The position numbers and the translations under genes were made by a program. The notes under the pieces are model-generated. The model ran no database searches. It saw nothing but the letters and a program-made list of their open reading frames with translations, and was not told where the DNA came from. This document shows positions 12,901 through 27,650 of a DNA stretch of 64,000 nt, piece after piece (position 1 is the stretch's first letter; the number at the start of each line of letters is the position of its first letter). The DNA is from Eledone cirrhosa. Lineage: Eukaryota. The stretch covers positions 53,692,001 through 53,756,000 of the forward strand of contig OZ024750.1 of NCBI GenBank assembly GCA_964016885.1, written 5' to 3'.

Positions 12901-15285
12901 TGATAAGATAGTATTGTACAGGTATGATAAGATAGTATTGTACAGGTATGGTAAGATAGTATTGTACAGGTATGGTAAGATAGTATTGTACAGGTATGGT
13001 AAGATAGTATTGTACAGGTATGGTAAGATAGTATTGTACAGGTATGGTAAGATAGTATTGTACAGGTATGATAAGATAGTATTGTACAGGTATGATAAGA
13101 TAGTATTGTACAGGTATGGCAAGATAGTATTGTACAGGTATGGTAAGATAGTATTGTACAGGTATGGTAAGATAGTATTGTACAGGTATGGTAAGATAAT
13201 ATTGTACAGGTATGATAAGGTAGTATTGTACAGGTATGGCAAGATAGTATTGTACAGGTATGGCAAGATAGTATTGTACAGGTATGGTAAGATAGTATTG
13301 TACAGGTATGGTAAGATAGTATTGTACAGGTATGGCAAGATAGTATTGTACAGGTATGGCAAGATAGTATTGTACAGGTATGGCAAGATAGTATTGTACA
13401 GGTATGGTAAGATAGTATTGTACAGGTATGGTAAGATAGTATTGTACAGGTATGGCAAGATAGTATTGTACAGGTATGGCAAGATAGTATTGTACAGGTA
13501 TGATAAGATAGTATTGTACAGGTATGGTAAGATAGTATTGTACAGGTATGATAAGATAGTATTGTACAGGTATGGTAAGATAGTATTGTACAGGTATGGC
13601 AAGATAGTATTGTACAGGTATGGTAAGATAGTATTGTACAGGTATGGTAAGATAGTATTGTACAGGTATGGTAAGATAGTATTGTACAGGTATGATAAGA
13701 TAGTATTGTACAGGTATGGTAAGATAGTATTGTACAGGTATGATAAGATAGTATTGTACAAGTATGGCAAGATAGTATTGTACAGGTATGGCAAGATAGT
13801 ATTGTACAACTATGGCAAGATAGTATTGTACAGGTATGATAAGATAGTATTGTACAGGTATAGCAAGATAGTATTGTACAAGTATGGTAAGATAGTATTG
13901 TACAGGTATGGTAAGATTGTATTGTACAGGTATGGTAAGATAGTATTGTACAGGTATGATAAGATAGTATTTTACAGGTATGGCAAGATAGTATTGTACA
14001 AGTATGGTAAGATAGTATTGTACAGGTATGGTAAGATAGTATTGTACAAGTATGGCAAGATAGTATTGTACAGGTATGATAAGATAGTATTGTACAGGTA
14101 TCATAAGATAGTATTGTACAGGTATGGTAAGATAGTATTGTACAGGTATGGTAAGATAGTATTGTACAGGTATGGTAAGATAGTATTGTACAGGTATGGT
14201 AAGATAGTATTGTACAGGTATGGCAAGATAGTATTGTACAGGTATGGTAAGATAGTATTGTACAGGTATGGCAAGATAGTCTTGTACAGGTATGGTAAGA
14301 TAGTGTTGTACAGGTATGATAAGATAGTATTGTACAGGTATGGTAAGATAGTATTGTACAGGTATGATAAGATAGTATTGTACAGGTATGGCAAGATAGT
14401 ATTGTACAGGTATGGCAAGATAGTATTGTACAGGTATGGTAAGATAATATTGTACAGGTATGGTAAGATAGTATTGTACAGGTATGATAAGATAGTATTG
14501 TACAGGTATGGTAAGATAGTATTGTACAGGTATGATAAGATAGTATTGTACAGGTATGGTAAGATAGTATTGTACAGGTATGGCAAGATAGTATTGTACA
14601 GGTATGGCAAGATAGTATTGTACAAGTATGGCAAGATAGTATTGTACAGGTATGGCAAGATAGTATTGTACAAGTATGGCAAGATAGTATTGTACAGGTA
14701 TGATAAGATAGTATTGTACAGGTATAGCAAGATAGTATTGTACAAGTATGGTAAGATAGTATTGTACAGGTATGGTAAGATTGTATTGTACAGATATGGT
14801 AAGATTGTATTGTACAGATATGGTAAGATAGTATTGTACAGGTATGATAAGATAGTATTTTACAGGTATGGCAAGATAGTATTGTACAAGTATGGTAAGA
14901 TAGTATTGTACAGGTATGGTAAGATAGTATTGTACAAGTATGGCAAGATAGTATTGTACAGGTATGATAAGATAGTATTGTACAGGTATGATAAGATAGT
15001 ATTGTACAGGTATGGTAAGATAGTATTGTACAAGTATGGCAAGATAGTATTGTACAAGTATGGCAAGATAGTATTGTACAGGTATGATAAGATAGTATTG
15101 TACAGGTATGGTAAGATAGTATTGTACAGGTATGGTAAGATAGTATTGTACAGGTATGGTAAGATAGTATTGTACAGGTATGGTAAGATAGTATTGTACA
15201 AGTATGGCAAGATAGTATTGTACAAGTATGGCAAGATAGTATTGTACAGGTATGGTAAGATAGTATTGTACAGGTATGGTAAGAT
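9955..15285. repeat. 23-bp minisatellite, ~230 copies (5.3 kb)
   Basis: Unit gatagtattgtacaggtatg(gt/gc/at)aa; highly homogeneous. Confidence 0.98.
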
Positions 15286-15899
15286 CACTAGCAGTGAGGG
15301 GTGGGTCACAATGAAGTGTGGCTATTGTTTTGCTTCTTTATGTTTAGATGTAACAAGCTCTGCACTCTTCCTTCAAAACCCACTGAGGCCTACTTTTAAG
15401 TACCAGTGTCATACTAGGGTCTTCTATATCTCTTTCCTACCCCTACCCCCTCTCAAAGGAATCAGAAACAACACCACTGACCCCCTGCAATAATTCCAGG
15501 TTTACGACATCACATACCCCCACACCACCTCCCTCCATGTCTGCCCAACATACTATATCCCCCACCATACTATATCCACCACCATACTATATCCACCACC
15601 ATACTATATCCCACCATACTATATCGCCCACCATACTATCTCCCACCTGGGGAAAACAGTTCAATTATGATTTCCAATATATTTTAAGCAGTTCAATATT
15701 AAACTGGGCAACTGACTTTAGCTTTGTTTAATCAAGGAGAGTTTGATATGTTCCATTGCTGTGTGGGGAGGGGGATCTTCTCACTTTAGCTGAAGTAAAT
15801 TTAATACTCACCTTTATTCTGCTTACACATACACATGTGTACACACATACAGTTTCTCTCCTATTAATTATTGTTTTTCAGGAAGTTTTCACCTCCTCC

Positions 15900-16270
15900 A
15901 AATACCATTCGGTAACTGTACCAACCCTTACCTATGGTCAGGAATCTTAGGTAATGACTAAAAGAAGACAATCGTGAATACAAGCAGATAAAATGGGGTT
16001 CCTCCGATGGGTTTTTGGAGTAATGTTCCTTGATAAGTTGCGTAGTTCAGAGATGAGGGAGTCGCTATTTCTCCGAATTAAGAAATAGCTGTGGTTAGAA
16101 TGTCTAAAGAAAGAATCCCTGAACTGATTTTATGGGCAAAACCAACCGGCAGCAAGATGAGTTCAGCTTGTCTTGCTTGAGGATTCAGCTAGAGGATTGG
16201 AGACAGTTACTTGTGACAGAACCCACTAGAAGGAGTGCTTCAGGTCTCTGGAGACAGTTACCCTTCCCTA
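15900..16270 (+). mobile_element. Decayed RTE (Rex3/Expander-like) 3' fragment
   Basis: PTLTYGQES*VMTKRRQS*IQADKMGFLRWVFGVMFLDKLRSSEMRESL, with in-frame stops. Confidence 0.75.
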
Positions 16271-16530
16271 ATATTTATATATAAAATATGAGCAGATTTG
16301 ATTCAAGTCCGACAGAAGAATGTTGTTTTAACTATTATTTACTGCGACACACTGATACATATAAGCCACTGCCTAACACACACACACACATGCATACATA
16401 CGCACACACACACACACACATATCTCTCTCTCTGTATATATATATATATGATGGTAGACATTACAACCCTTTGTAGTCGTTTCTGCAGTGAATTGTAACT
16501 GGAGGTAAGAATTGCTGTTGAAGCTTCCAC

Positions 16531-19500
16531 GATCATCTACACAGTCATCACCTCCATCTACACAGTCATCATCTCCATCTACACAGTCATCACCTCCATC
16601 TACACAGTCATCATCTCCAGCTACACAGTCATCATCTCCATCTACACAGTCATCATCTCCAGCAACACAGTCATCACCTCCATCTACACAGTCATCACCT
16701 CCATCTACACAGTCATCACCTCCAGCAACACAGTCATCACCTCCAGCAACACAGTCATCACCTCCAGCAACACAGTCATCACCTCCAGCAACACAGTCAT
16801 CACCTCCAGCAACACAGTCATCACCTCCAGCAACACAGTCATCACCTCCATCTACACAGTCATCACCTCCAGCAACACAGTCATCACCTCCAGCAACACA
16901 GTCATCACCTCCAGCAACACAGTCATCACCTCCAGCTACACAGTCATCACCTCCAGCTACACAGTCATCACCTCCAGCTACACAGTCATCACCTCCATCA
17001 ACACAGTCATCACCTCCAGCTACACAGTCATCACCTCCATCAACACAGTCATCACCTCCATCTACACAGTCATCATCTCCAGCAACACAGTCATCACCTC
17101 CATCTACACAGTCATCACCTCCAGCAACACAGTCATCACCTCCAGCAACACAGTCATCACCTCCAGCTACACAGTCATCACCTCCAGCTACACAGTCATC
17201 ACCTCCAGCTACACAGTCATCACCTCCATCTACACAGTCATCACCTCCAGCAACACAGTCATCACCTCCATCAACACAGTCATCACCTCCATCTACACAG
17301 TCATCACCTCCATCAACACAGTCATCACCTCCAGCAACACAGTCATCACCTCCATCTACACAGTCATCACCTCCATCAACACAGTCATCACCTCCAGCAA
17401 CACAGTCATCACCTCCATCTACACAGTCATCACCTCCAGCTACACAGTCATCACCTCCATCTACACAGTCATCACCTCCATCTACACAGTCATCACCTCC
17501 AGCTACACAGTCATCACCTCCATCAACACAGTCATCACCTCCAGCTACACAGTCATCACCTCCATCAACACAGTCATCACCTCCAGCTACACAGTCATCA
17601 CCTCCAGCTACACAGTCATCACCTCCATCAACACAGTCATCACCTCCAGCTACACAGTCATCACCTCCAGCTACACAGTCATCACCTCCATCTACACAGT
17701 CATCACCTCCAGCAACACAGTCATCACCTCCATCAACACAGTCATCACCTCCAGCTACACAGTCATCACCTCCAGCTACACAGTCATCACCTCCATCAAC
17801 ACAGTCATCACCTCCATCAACACAGTCATCACCTCCAGCTACACAGTCATCACCTCCATCAACACAGTCATCACCTCCAGCTACACAGTCATCACCTCCA
17901 TCAACACAGTCATCACCTCCAGCTACACAGTCATCACCTCCAGCTACACAGTCATCACCTCCAGCTACACAGTCATCACCTCCAGCTACACAGTCATCAC
18001 CTCCAGCTACACAGTCATCACCTCCATCTACACAGTCATCACCTCCATCTACACAGTCATCACCTCCAGCAACACAGTCATCACCTCCAGCTACACAGTC
18101 ATCACCTCCAGCTACACAGTCATCACCTCCATCTACACAGTCATCACCTCCAGCTACACAGTCATCACCTCCAGCTACACAGTCATCACCTCCATCTACA
18201 CAGTCATCACCTCCAGCTACACAGTCATCACCTCCAGCTACACAGTCATCACCTCCAGCTACACAGTCATCACCTCCAGCTACACAGTCATCACCTCCAT
18301 CTACACAGTCATCACCTCCATCTACACAGTCATCACCTCCAGCAACACAGTCATCACCTCCAGCTACACAGTCATCACCTCCAGCTACACAGTCATCACC
18401 TCCATCTACACAGTCATCACCTCCATCTACACAGTCATCACCTCCAGCTACACAGTCATCACCTCCAGCTACACAGTCATCACCTCCATCTACACAGTCA
18501 TCACCTCCATCTACACAGTCATCACCTCCAGCAACACAGTCATCACCTCCAGCTACACAGTCATCACCTCCAGCAACACAGTCATCACCTCCATCTACAC
18601 AGTCATCACCTCCAGCTACACAGTCATCACCTCCAGCTACACAGTCATCACCTCCAGCTACACAGTCATCACCTCCAGCTACACAGTCATCACCTCCAGC
18701 TACACAGTCATCACCTCCAGCTACACAGTCATCACCTCCATCTACACAGTCATCACCTCCAGCTACACAGTCATCACCTCCAGCTACACAGTCATCACCT
18801 CCATCTACACAGTCATCACCTCCATCTACACAGTCATCACCTCCAGCAACACAGTCATCACCTCCATCTACACAGTCATCACCTCCAGCTACACAGTCAT
18901 CACCTCCATCTACACAGTCATCACCTCCAGCTACACAGTCATCACCTCCATCTACACAGTCATCACCTCCAGCTACACAGTCATCACCTCCATCTACACA
19001 GTCATCACCTCCATCTACACAGTCATCACCTCCAGCTACACAGTCATCACCTCCATCTACACAGTCATCACCTCCAGCTACACAGTCATCACCTCCATCT
19101 ACACAGTCATCACCTCCAGCTACACAGTCATCACCTCCAGCTACACAGTCATCACCTCCATCTACACAGTCATCACCTCCAGCTACACAGTCATCACCTC
19201 CATCTACACAGTCATCACCTCCAGCTACACAGTCATCACCTCCAGCAACACAGTCATCACCTCCAGCTACACAGTCATCACCTCCATCTACACAGTCATC
19301 ACCTCCAGCTACACAGTCATCACCTCCATCAACACAGTCATCACCTCCAGCTACACAGTCATCACCTCCAGCTACACAGTCATCACCTCCAGCTACACAG
19401 TCATCACCTCCAGCAACACAGTCATCACCTCCAGCTACACAGTCATCACCTCCATCAACACAGTCATCACCTCCAGCTACACAGTCATCACCTCCAGCTA

Positions 19501-22500
19501 CACAGTCATCACCTCCATCTACACAGTCATCACCTCCAGCTACACAGTCATCACCTCCATCTACACAGTCATCACCTCCAGCTACACAGTCATCACCTCC
19601 AGCAACACAGTCATCACCTCCAGCTACACAGTCATCACCTCCATCTACACAGTCATCACCTCCAGCTACACAGTCATCACCTCCATCAACACAGTCATCA
19701 CCTCCAGCTACACAGTCATCACCTCCAGCTACACAGTCATCACCTCCAGCTACACAGTCATCACCTCCAGCAACACAGTCATCACCTCCATCTACACAGT
19801 CATCACCATCATCTCCAGCTACACTGTCACCATCACCTCCAGCTACACTGTCATCACCATCATCTCCAGCTACACTGTCATCACCATCATCTCCATCTAC
19901 ACAGTCATCACCATCATCTCCAGCTACACAGTCATCACCATCATCTCCAGCTACACAGTCATCACCATCATCTCCAGCTACACAGTCATCACCATCATCT
20001 CCATCTACACAGTCATCACCATCATCTCCATCTACACAGTCATCACCATCATCTCCAGCTACACAGTCATCACCATCATCTCCAGCTACACTGTCATCAC
20101 CATCATCTCCAGCTACACAGTCATCACCATCATCTCCAGCTACACAGTCATCACCATCATCTCCATCTACACAGTCATCACCATCACCTCCATCTACACA
20201 GTCATCACCATCATCTCCAGCTACACTGTCACCATCACCTCCAGCTACACTGTCATCACCATCATCTCCAGCTACACTGTCATCACCATCATCTCCATCT
20301 ACACAGTCATCACCATCATCTCCAGCTACACAGTCATCACCATCATCTCCAGCTACACAGTCATCACCATCATCTCCAGCTACACAGTCATCACCATCAT
20401 CTCCATCTACACAGTCATCACCATCATCTCCATCTACACAGTCATCACCATCATCTCCAGCTACACAGTCATCACCATCATCTCCAGCTACACTGTCATC
20501 ACTATCATCTCCAGCTACACTGTCACCATCACCTCCAGCTACACAGTCATCACCATCATCTCCAGCTACACTGTCATCACCATCATCTCCATCTACACAG
20601 TCATCACCATCATCTCCAGCTACACAGTCATCACCATCATCACCATCACCTCCAGCTACACAGTCATCACCATCATCACCATCACCTCCAGCTACACAGT
20701 CATCACCATCATCTCCAGCTACACAGTCATCACCATCATCTCCAGCTACACTGTCATCACCATCATCTCCAGCTACACAGTCATCACCATCATCTCCAGC
20801 TACACAGTCATCACCATCATCTCCATCTACACAGTCATCACCATCATCTCCAGCTACACTGTCATCACCATCATCTCCAGCTACACTGTCATCACCATCA
20901 CCTCCAGCTACACTGTCATCACCATCATCTCCAGCTACACAGTCATCACCATCATCTCCAGCTACACAGTCATCACCATCACCTCCAGCTACACAGTCAT
21001 CACCATCATCTCCAGCTACACAGTCATCACCATCATCTCCAGCTACACTGTCATCACCATCATCTCCAGCTACACAGTCATCACCATCATCTCCAGCTAC
21101 ACAGTCATCACCATCATCTCCAGCTACACTGTCACCATCACCTCCAGCTACACTGTCATCACCATCATCTCCAGCTACACTGTCATCACCATCATCTCCA
21201 TCTACACAGTCATCACCATCATCTCCAGCTACACAGTCATCACCATCATCTCCAGCTACACAGTCATCACCATCATCTCCATCTACACAGTCATCACCAT
21301 CATCTCCAGCTACACAGTCATCACCATCATCTCCAGCTACACAGTCATCACCATCATCACCATCACCTCCAGCTACACAGTCATCACCATCATCTCCAGC
21401 TACACAGTCATCACCATCATCTCCAGCTACACAGTCATCACCATCATCTCCATCTACACAGTCATCACCATCATCTCCAGCTACACAGTCATCACCATCA
21501 TCTCCAGCTACACTGTCATCACCATCATCTCCAGCTACACAGTCATCACCATCATCTCCAGCTACACAGTCATCACCATCATCTCCATCTACACAGTCAT
21601 CACCATCATCTCCAGCTACACTGTCATCACCATCATCTCCAGCTACACTGTCATCACCATCATCTCCAGCTACACTGTCATCACCATCACCTCCAGCTAC
21701 ACTGTCATCACCATCATCTCCAGCTACACTGTCATCACCATCATCTCCATCTACACAGTCATCACCATCATCTCCAGCTACACAGTCATCACCATCATCT
21801 CCAGCTACACAGTCATCACCATCATCTCCATCTACACAGTCATCACCATCATCTCCAGCTACACAGTCATCACCATCATCTCCAGCTACACAGTCATCAC
21901 CATCATCACCATCACCTCCAGCTACACAGTCATCACCATCATCTCCAGCTACACAGTCATCACCATCATCTCCAGCTACACAGTCATCACCATCATCTCC
22001 ATCTACACAGTCATCACCATCATCTCCAGCTACACAGTCATCACCATCATCTCCAGCTACACTGTCATCACCATCATCTCCATCTACACAGTCATCACCA
22101 TCATCTCCAGCTACACAGTCATCACCATCATCTCCAGCTACACAGTCATCACCATCATCACCATCACCTCCAGCTACACAGTTATCACCATCATCTCCAG
22201 CTACACAGTCATCACCATCATCTCCAGCTACACTGTCATCACCATCATCTCCAGCTACACAGTCATCACCATCATCTCCAGCTACACAGTCATCACCATC
22301 ATCTCCATCTACACAGTCATCACCATCATCTCCAGCTACACTGTCATCACCATCATCTCCAGCTACACTGTCATCACCATCATCTCCATCTACACTGTCA
22401 TCACCATCACCTCCAGCTACACTGTCATCACCATCATCTCCAGCTACACTGTCATCACCATCATCTCCATCTACACAGTCATCACCATCATCTCCAGCTA

Positions 22501-22513
22501 CACTGTCATCACC
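16531..22513. repeat. Compound minisatellite: 21-bp unit (to ~19797) then related 27-bp unit
   Basis: cca(g/t)c(t/a)acacagtcatcacct, then ccagctacac(a/t)gtcatcaccatcatct with occasional 24- and 36-bp variants. Confidence 0.97.
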
Positions 22514-22929
22514 ACTAACATAAACACCACTTCTATCATCATCATCATCAATGTATTTACTCTCTTGCATGTTGAAAACTCAGTCTATATTTAAAATGAA
22601 AACCCAGCAATAATCGGTTTGTGTAAATACACTTGTGTGTGTGTGTACCCATTTGTATGTATACATGTCTGTATGTTTGTACCTTGTGTATGTATGTCTT
22701 CATATGTGTGTGTACAAATGTGTGTATGTCTACATATATGTGTATATCTGCATATATGCATAAGCATACATATATGTGTGTGCATATCTACATATATGTA
22801 TGTGTACATACATACGTGTATGTGTATAGTGTTAATTGTGACTGTACCACCATATCACCCCCTATTTAAAACCAAGGAAGGGAAGACAACAAACTTCTCT
22901 CATCCATAGACACCAAAAGTTCCTTTCAA

Positions 22930-23860
22930 AAACACACCATAGATAGACGATACCAATGTTATCACATACAGAAACACACCATTGATAGAAGATACCAATG
23001 TTATCACATACAGAAACACACCATAGATAGACGATACCAATGTTATCACATACAGAAACACACCATAGATAGAAGATACCAATGTTATCACATACAGAAA
23101 CACACCATAGATAGAAGATACCAATGTTATCACATACAGAAACACACCATAGATAGAAGATACCAATGTTATCACATACAGAAACACACCATAGATAGAA
23201 GATACCAATGTTATCACATACAGAAACACACCATAGATAGACGATACCAATGTTATCACATACAGAAACACACCATAGATAGACGATACCAATGTTATCA
23301 CATACAGAAACACACCATTGATAGAAGATACCAATGTTATCACATACAGAAACACACCATAGATAGACGATACCAATGTTATCACATACAGAAACACACC
23401 ATAGATAGACGATACCAATGTTATCACATACAGAAACACACCATAGATAGACGATACCAATGTTATCACATACAGAAACACACCATAGATAGACGATACC
23501 AATGTTATCACATACAGAAACACACCATTGATAGAAGATACCAATGTTATCACATACAGAAACACACCATAGATAGAAGATACCAATGTTATCACATACA
23601 GAAACACACCATAGATAGAAGATACCAATGTTATCACATACAGTAACACACCATAGATAGAAGATACCAATGTTATCACATACAGAAACACACCATAGAT
23701 AGAAGATACCAATGTTATCACATACAGAAACACACTATTGATAGAAGATACCAATGTTATCACATACAGAAACACACCATAGATAGAAGATACCAATGTT
23801 ATCACATACAGAAACACACCATTGATAGAAGATACCTATGTTATCACATACAGAAACACA
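22930..23860. repeat. 42-bp minisatellite, ~22 copies
   Basis: Unit aaacacaccatagataga(a/c)gataccaatgttatcacatacag, ending about 330 bp before the SH3 exon. Confidence 0.96.
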
Positions 23861-24190
23861 CTTACACCTAAAAAGTTCTGTAAAAGCTACCTCAATCTTT
23901 CTGCAATTGTTTCTGGGAAAAACAAAACCAATCTTTATGAATACTATGGTGGAATTACCGTTCTAGACAATAGTTCCAAAGGATTTCTTCTAGATTTACC
24001 ATGGTTGTATCTTAATACCCTATCGTGTTTAGTTATTTCTTTTATTCAAATGTTTGCTTTATAATAGGGATACCGCCCCCTCTCTCCAGTACCCCAGAAA
24101 TTCATCAAGAGTTAACTGCTCTGTAATAATGCTATTTATGTATCTAATTAATTAACTCATGTAATTAAATAATTTGTTTGTTTGTTTCAG

Positions 24191-24446
24191 TGTTCTGCAG
24201 ATGTTACAGTTGTCATTGTTGACTATTCAGCTACATCTTCGTGGGACCTGAGTGTTCAGAAGGGTCAACAAGTAGAACTAATAGATGTCTGTCCTCCAGG
24301 ACAGCCAGATTGGTGCCTTGTACGGACCCTACCTACTGAGGTGAAGGAGTCCAGTCAAGGGCTTGTGCCAATGTCTGCTCTCAAACCGGTTCCAATTTTG
24401 AAAGTATCATCTGCTGCAGGAACACGCACAAGTGCTGATTTAGATG
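24191..24446 (+). CDS. Trio: Trio/Kalirin-family RhoGEF exon encoding the first SH3 domain (after DH1-PH1)
   Basis: Acceptor tttgtttcag at 24181-24190 (alternative AG at 24199-24200) and donor G|GTAAGT at 24447. It translates as CSADVTVVIVDYSATSSWDLSVQKGQQVELIDVCPPGQPDWCLVRT...GLVPMSAL, an SH3 resembling vertebrate Trio (LTVVIHDF...PDWCLVRT...EGLVP, from memory). Ends in phase 1. Confidence 0.9.
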
Positions 24447-24619
24447 GTAAGTTATCTCCCCCTTTCTCCTATTTCTATTCTGATTCATGTTTCACTTCTT
24501 TGGCATTGTTTCAAGGCAATGTTTAACACCCAAGAGTCCTTCCCACTGGCCCTAGATCACAGACACTTTGTGAGCCATTGTTTTATGGCCTTTTGTGGTT
24601 CCAGCTGTTAAGTAACGTC

Positions 24620-24855
24620 TTAGTACGCAAGAGAGAAGACTGCATTGGTATGGACATGTGATGTGCATGGGTGATGATTGCTGGGTGAAGAAACACCAAG
24701 TAATTTCTGTGGAAGGAGGTTGCAATAGAGTAAAACCTATTAGTTAGAGCTGATCTTGGATTACTAAAGCTCAGAGAAGAGATGACAAAAGAACACAACA
24801 CATAGAGAGATGCTGTACTGAGAAGGACCCGTCCAACCCATGCAAGCGTGTAACA
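24620..24855 (+). mobile_element. Old RTE 3'-end fragment
   Basis: tggtatggacatgtgatgtgcatg (WYGHVM) and ccaacccatgcaagcgtg. Its GAT-rich tail resumes after the SINE at 25077. Confidence 0.6.
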
Positions 24856-24871
24856 ACAGACATAAAATAAT

Positions 24872-25059
24872 TGTTTCTACTTTAGGCACAAGGCCAGCAA
24901 GTACCCAGTGCATTACTGGTACTTTATTTTATCGACCCCGTTAAGGATGAAAAGCAAAGTTAACCTCGGCGGGATTTGAACTCAAACCGTAAAGGGACGT
25001 AACTATGCTAGAAAGCATGGCGTCCAACCCTCTACCGATACTGCCAATTCACCGCCCTT
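24872..25059 (-). mobile_element. Young SINE with 17-bp TSD, nested in an RTE tail
   Basis: Reverse complement of the 4845 SINE; TSD aacagacataaaataat at 24855-24871 and 25060-25076. Confidence 0.9.
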
Positions 25060-25731
25060 AACAGACATAAAATAATGATGAAGATTATGATGATTACAAT
25101 ACATAAGTCATAATTATTCTAAATTTAGATGCACAACAGTCAAACATAGGAAAGTCTCAGAGGCTCTGGAAAATGTTATGGACACTGTTTTTCTATCCTT
25201 GGCTATAGCAAAATACAAGAATTTTAAGGTCATTTTTGCTTACTGAAAGGTTAATCTTTCTGGCCCCATGACATGCTTCATACTTATCATGGGGGGTCAT
25301 TTTTGAGGCAATGTTTTACAGCCAGATACCCTTTTAGTTACCTCTTACAACAGGCAGGGATATGGTGTACCTAAGCTGGACACACAACAGCCCCCCCCCC
25401 CCCCCACACACACACCCAAACAGTAGAAAACAACAAACCAACTAATAAGCATTATCTTCATCCTTTCGTTACAATATTCCTAAGGAAATACTCTGCATTT
25501 TAATTAATGAAATTTTTGAAGGGGATTTACTAAAATCATTTATTATTTCATATTAAGATAGTATTTGTAACATAAATGGATCTAATTCAAATTATTTTGG
25601 AGGATTTTTATTTAAATAAGAACTCTTTAAAATGGGTTGTTCTGTCTGAGAGGAGATAACAGCAGTTTTGGGGCTAGTTTCATATCAAAAGTGTTAATAA
25701 AGATAAATTTATTTGTATTCATGTTCTTCAG

Positions 25732-25831
25732 ATTCCTCCAGTAATTCCAATGAACCTAGTCCAAATGCTTCAAATGCTTCACTTAATAATTCTTCAGCGT
25801 CCCCTGTTACCAAGAGACGCAGCAGTTTCCG
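25732..25831 (+). CDS. Trio: Trio/Kalirin exon, Ser-rich linker after SH3
   Basis: Acceptor ttcttcag, donor CG|GTAAGT. 100 nt, phase 1 to 2, in frame with the SH3 exon: DSSSNSNEPSPNASNASLNNSSASPVTKRRSSFR. Comparable to the vertebrate SPGPKR..TL(R/K) linker. Confidence 0.85.
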
Positions 25832-26530
25832 GTAAGTTCCATATCAACAGTAAATTGATTTGTTTCCTCTCCTCTCTCCATTGTTATTTGAAATGATTTT
25901 CCTGTTGTTATTGTTGTCTGTTTTAGGTTAAACAAAACAGGGCAAGTGTAATTAAAAAATGAAATTAATTTCTTCAGGGTTTTTTATTTTATTTTATTTT
26001 TGTATTTTTAGTGATTTCATTGATTTTATTCTTAGTTTAATTAGTCACAGAATTAATTGTCTTCTATAATCACAGAATTATTGGTATTTCAACTGAGGAA
26101 TACTTCTACGAAATCTCATTCAGAAATTATGGGGAAAAAGATTATTAAACTTTCAGTGTGTGTGTTTTAAAGTATATACTAATGCTCATTTCTCTGGGTT
26201 CAAAAAAACCCAAAAGGTTCCCTTTTAGGGGTTCCTCAAATACCAAGAGGTTCCTACAGTTTGACATTCTTCATAAATATATAGCTTCTACTTCAATATT
26301 CTTTGAGTTAACTTTATTCTTTTACTTGTATGGAGGGACTGAAGCGATCATCAGCTCCTGTATTTTTTCAAGCCTGGTATTTGATATTTATTTTATCAAC
26401 ACAAACACAATAAGTCAAAACAGAGACATACACGCAAACACTATAGGCTTTTACACAGTTTCCATCTACCAAATTTCACTCGCAATGAATTGATCTACCC
26501 ATGGCTGTCCAAGGTGCCGTGAACCTGACA

Positions 26531-26745
26531 CACTGTGTGCTGGTTAAACTCTTTAACAACTCAGCTATGTCTGCACTGTGTGCTGGTTAAACTCTTTAAC
26601 CACTCAGCTATGTCTGCACTGTGTGCTGGTTAAACTCTTTAACCACTCAGCTATGTCTGCACTGTGTGCTGGTTAAACTCTTTAACCACTCAGCTATGTC
26701 TGCACTGTGTGCTGGTTAAACTCTTTAACCACTCAGCTATGTCAG
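26531..26745. repeat. 43-bp minisatellite, 5 copies, with internal hairpin
   Basis: Unit cactgtgtgctggttaaactctttaaccactcagctatgtctg contains tggttaaa-ctc-tttaacca. Confidence 0.92.
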
Positions 26746-27586
26746 CGTTCGGATCTAGCTGTCGAAAAGGCCGTAGCTCAGTCATCGGGTTCCTAACCCT
26801 TTTCCTATTACCCACTCTACTACCCTAAGTATTGAGTACTCTGGTGTGTTATGGTCCACCTGGTATCTTACCACACCCTCTTGTTATATATATATATATG
26901 CATGCACACACATTCCCTGCAAGTGCGGTGAAACAGACATAAAACTGATATATACACATATATATATTCTATTATTATAAAATTTAACTCTTTCATTAAC
27001 ATATTTCTAATGAAATACACCACATGTTTTGCAATTAATTTTCTAAATATTCTAAATATTCAGTGATTTGACAGGAATTTAGTAAAATAAGTAACCATAT
27101 TATTAAAGTGGCATTTAGTGCAAATTTTTGCCCAACATTATTTTTTATTTAAATATGAATTATTTAGACCAAGAGGCTTGTGATGATAGAATTGGTCCAT
27201 TTTAGGGTATTTCATTAGAAATATGAAAATGAAGGTGTTAAAATGGACAGTTTTGTATGATAGAATCTGAGGTCATGGGTTAGTTTCTAAAGGTATCTCC
27301 TGTGATGTTTATATATAAATATATGGCTTATTTGCCTAAAACATCATCGTGTTAGTGCTAATTAATATATATTGTGCCAGATTAGAAATATCAACAGAAA
27401 TATATATATATTATATATATATATATATATAGTTATGTAATAAGCAACATAAGATAATTATTTCATTTACCAGTGGTTTCTTGAAAGCACTGGAAATAAT
27501 TATCTTATGTTGCTTATTACATAACTAATTAGTTCTGTAACCTACATAGAGCACTCTTTTTTCCTGGACCTTTCCGACGGAATTAC

Positions 27587-27650
<64 letters not shown>

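Noticed and set aside
9800-15493. Long ORFs (up to 1314 aa) of YNTILPYL / YRYGKIVL
   Set aside because: Stop-poor translations of a 23-bp non-triplet tandem repeat, open on both strands.
16489-16504. Microexon-like ctgcag|...GAG|gtaaga
   Set aside because: 16 nt, and it contains stops in both frames that could join the SH3 exon.
22900-23817. 305-aa hydrophobic repeat ORF
   Set aside because: Translation of the 42-bp minisatellite, with no unique domain.
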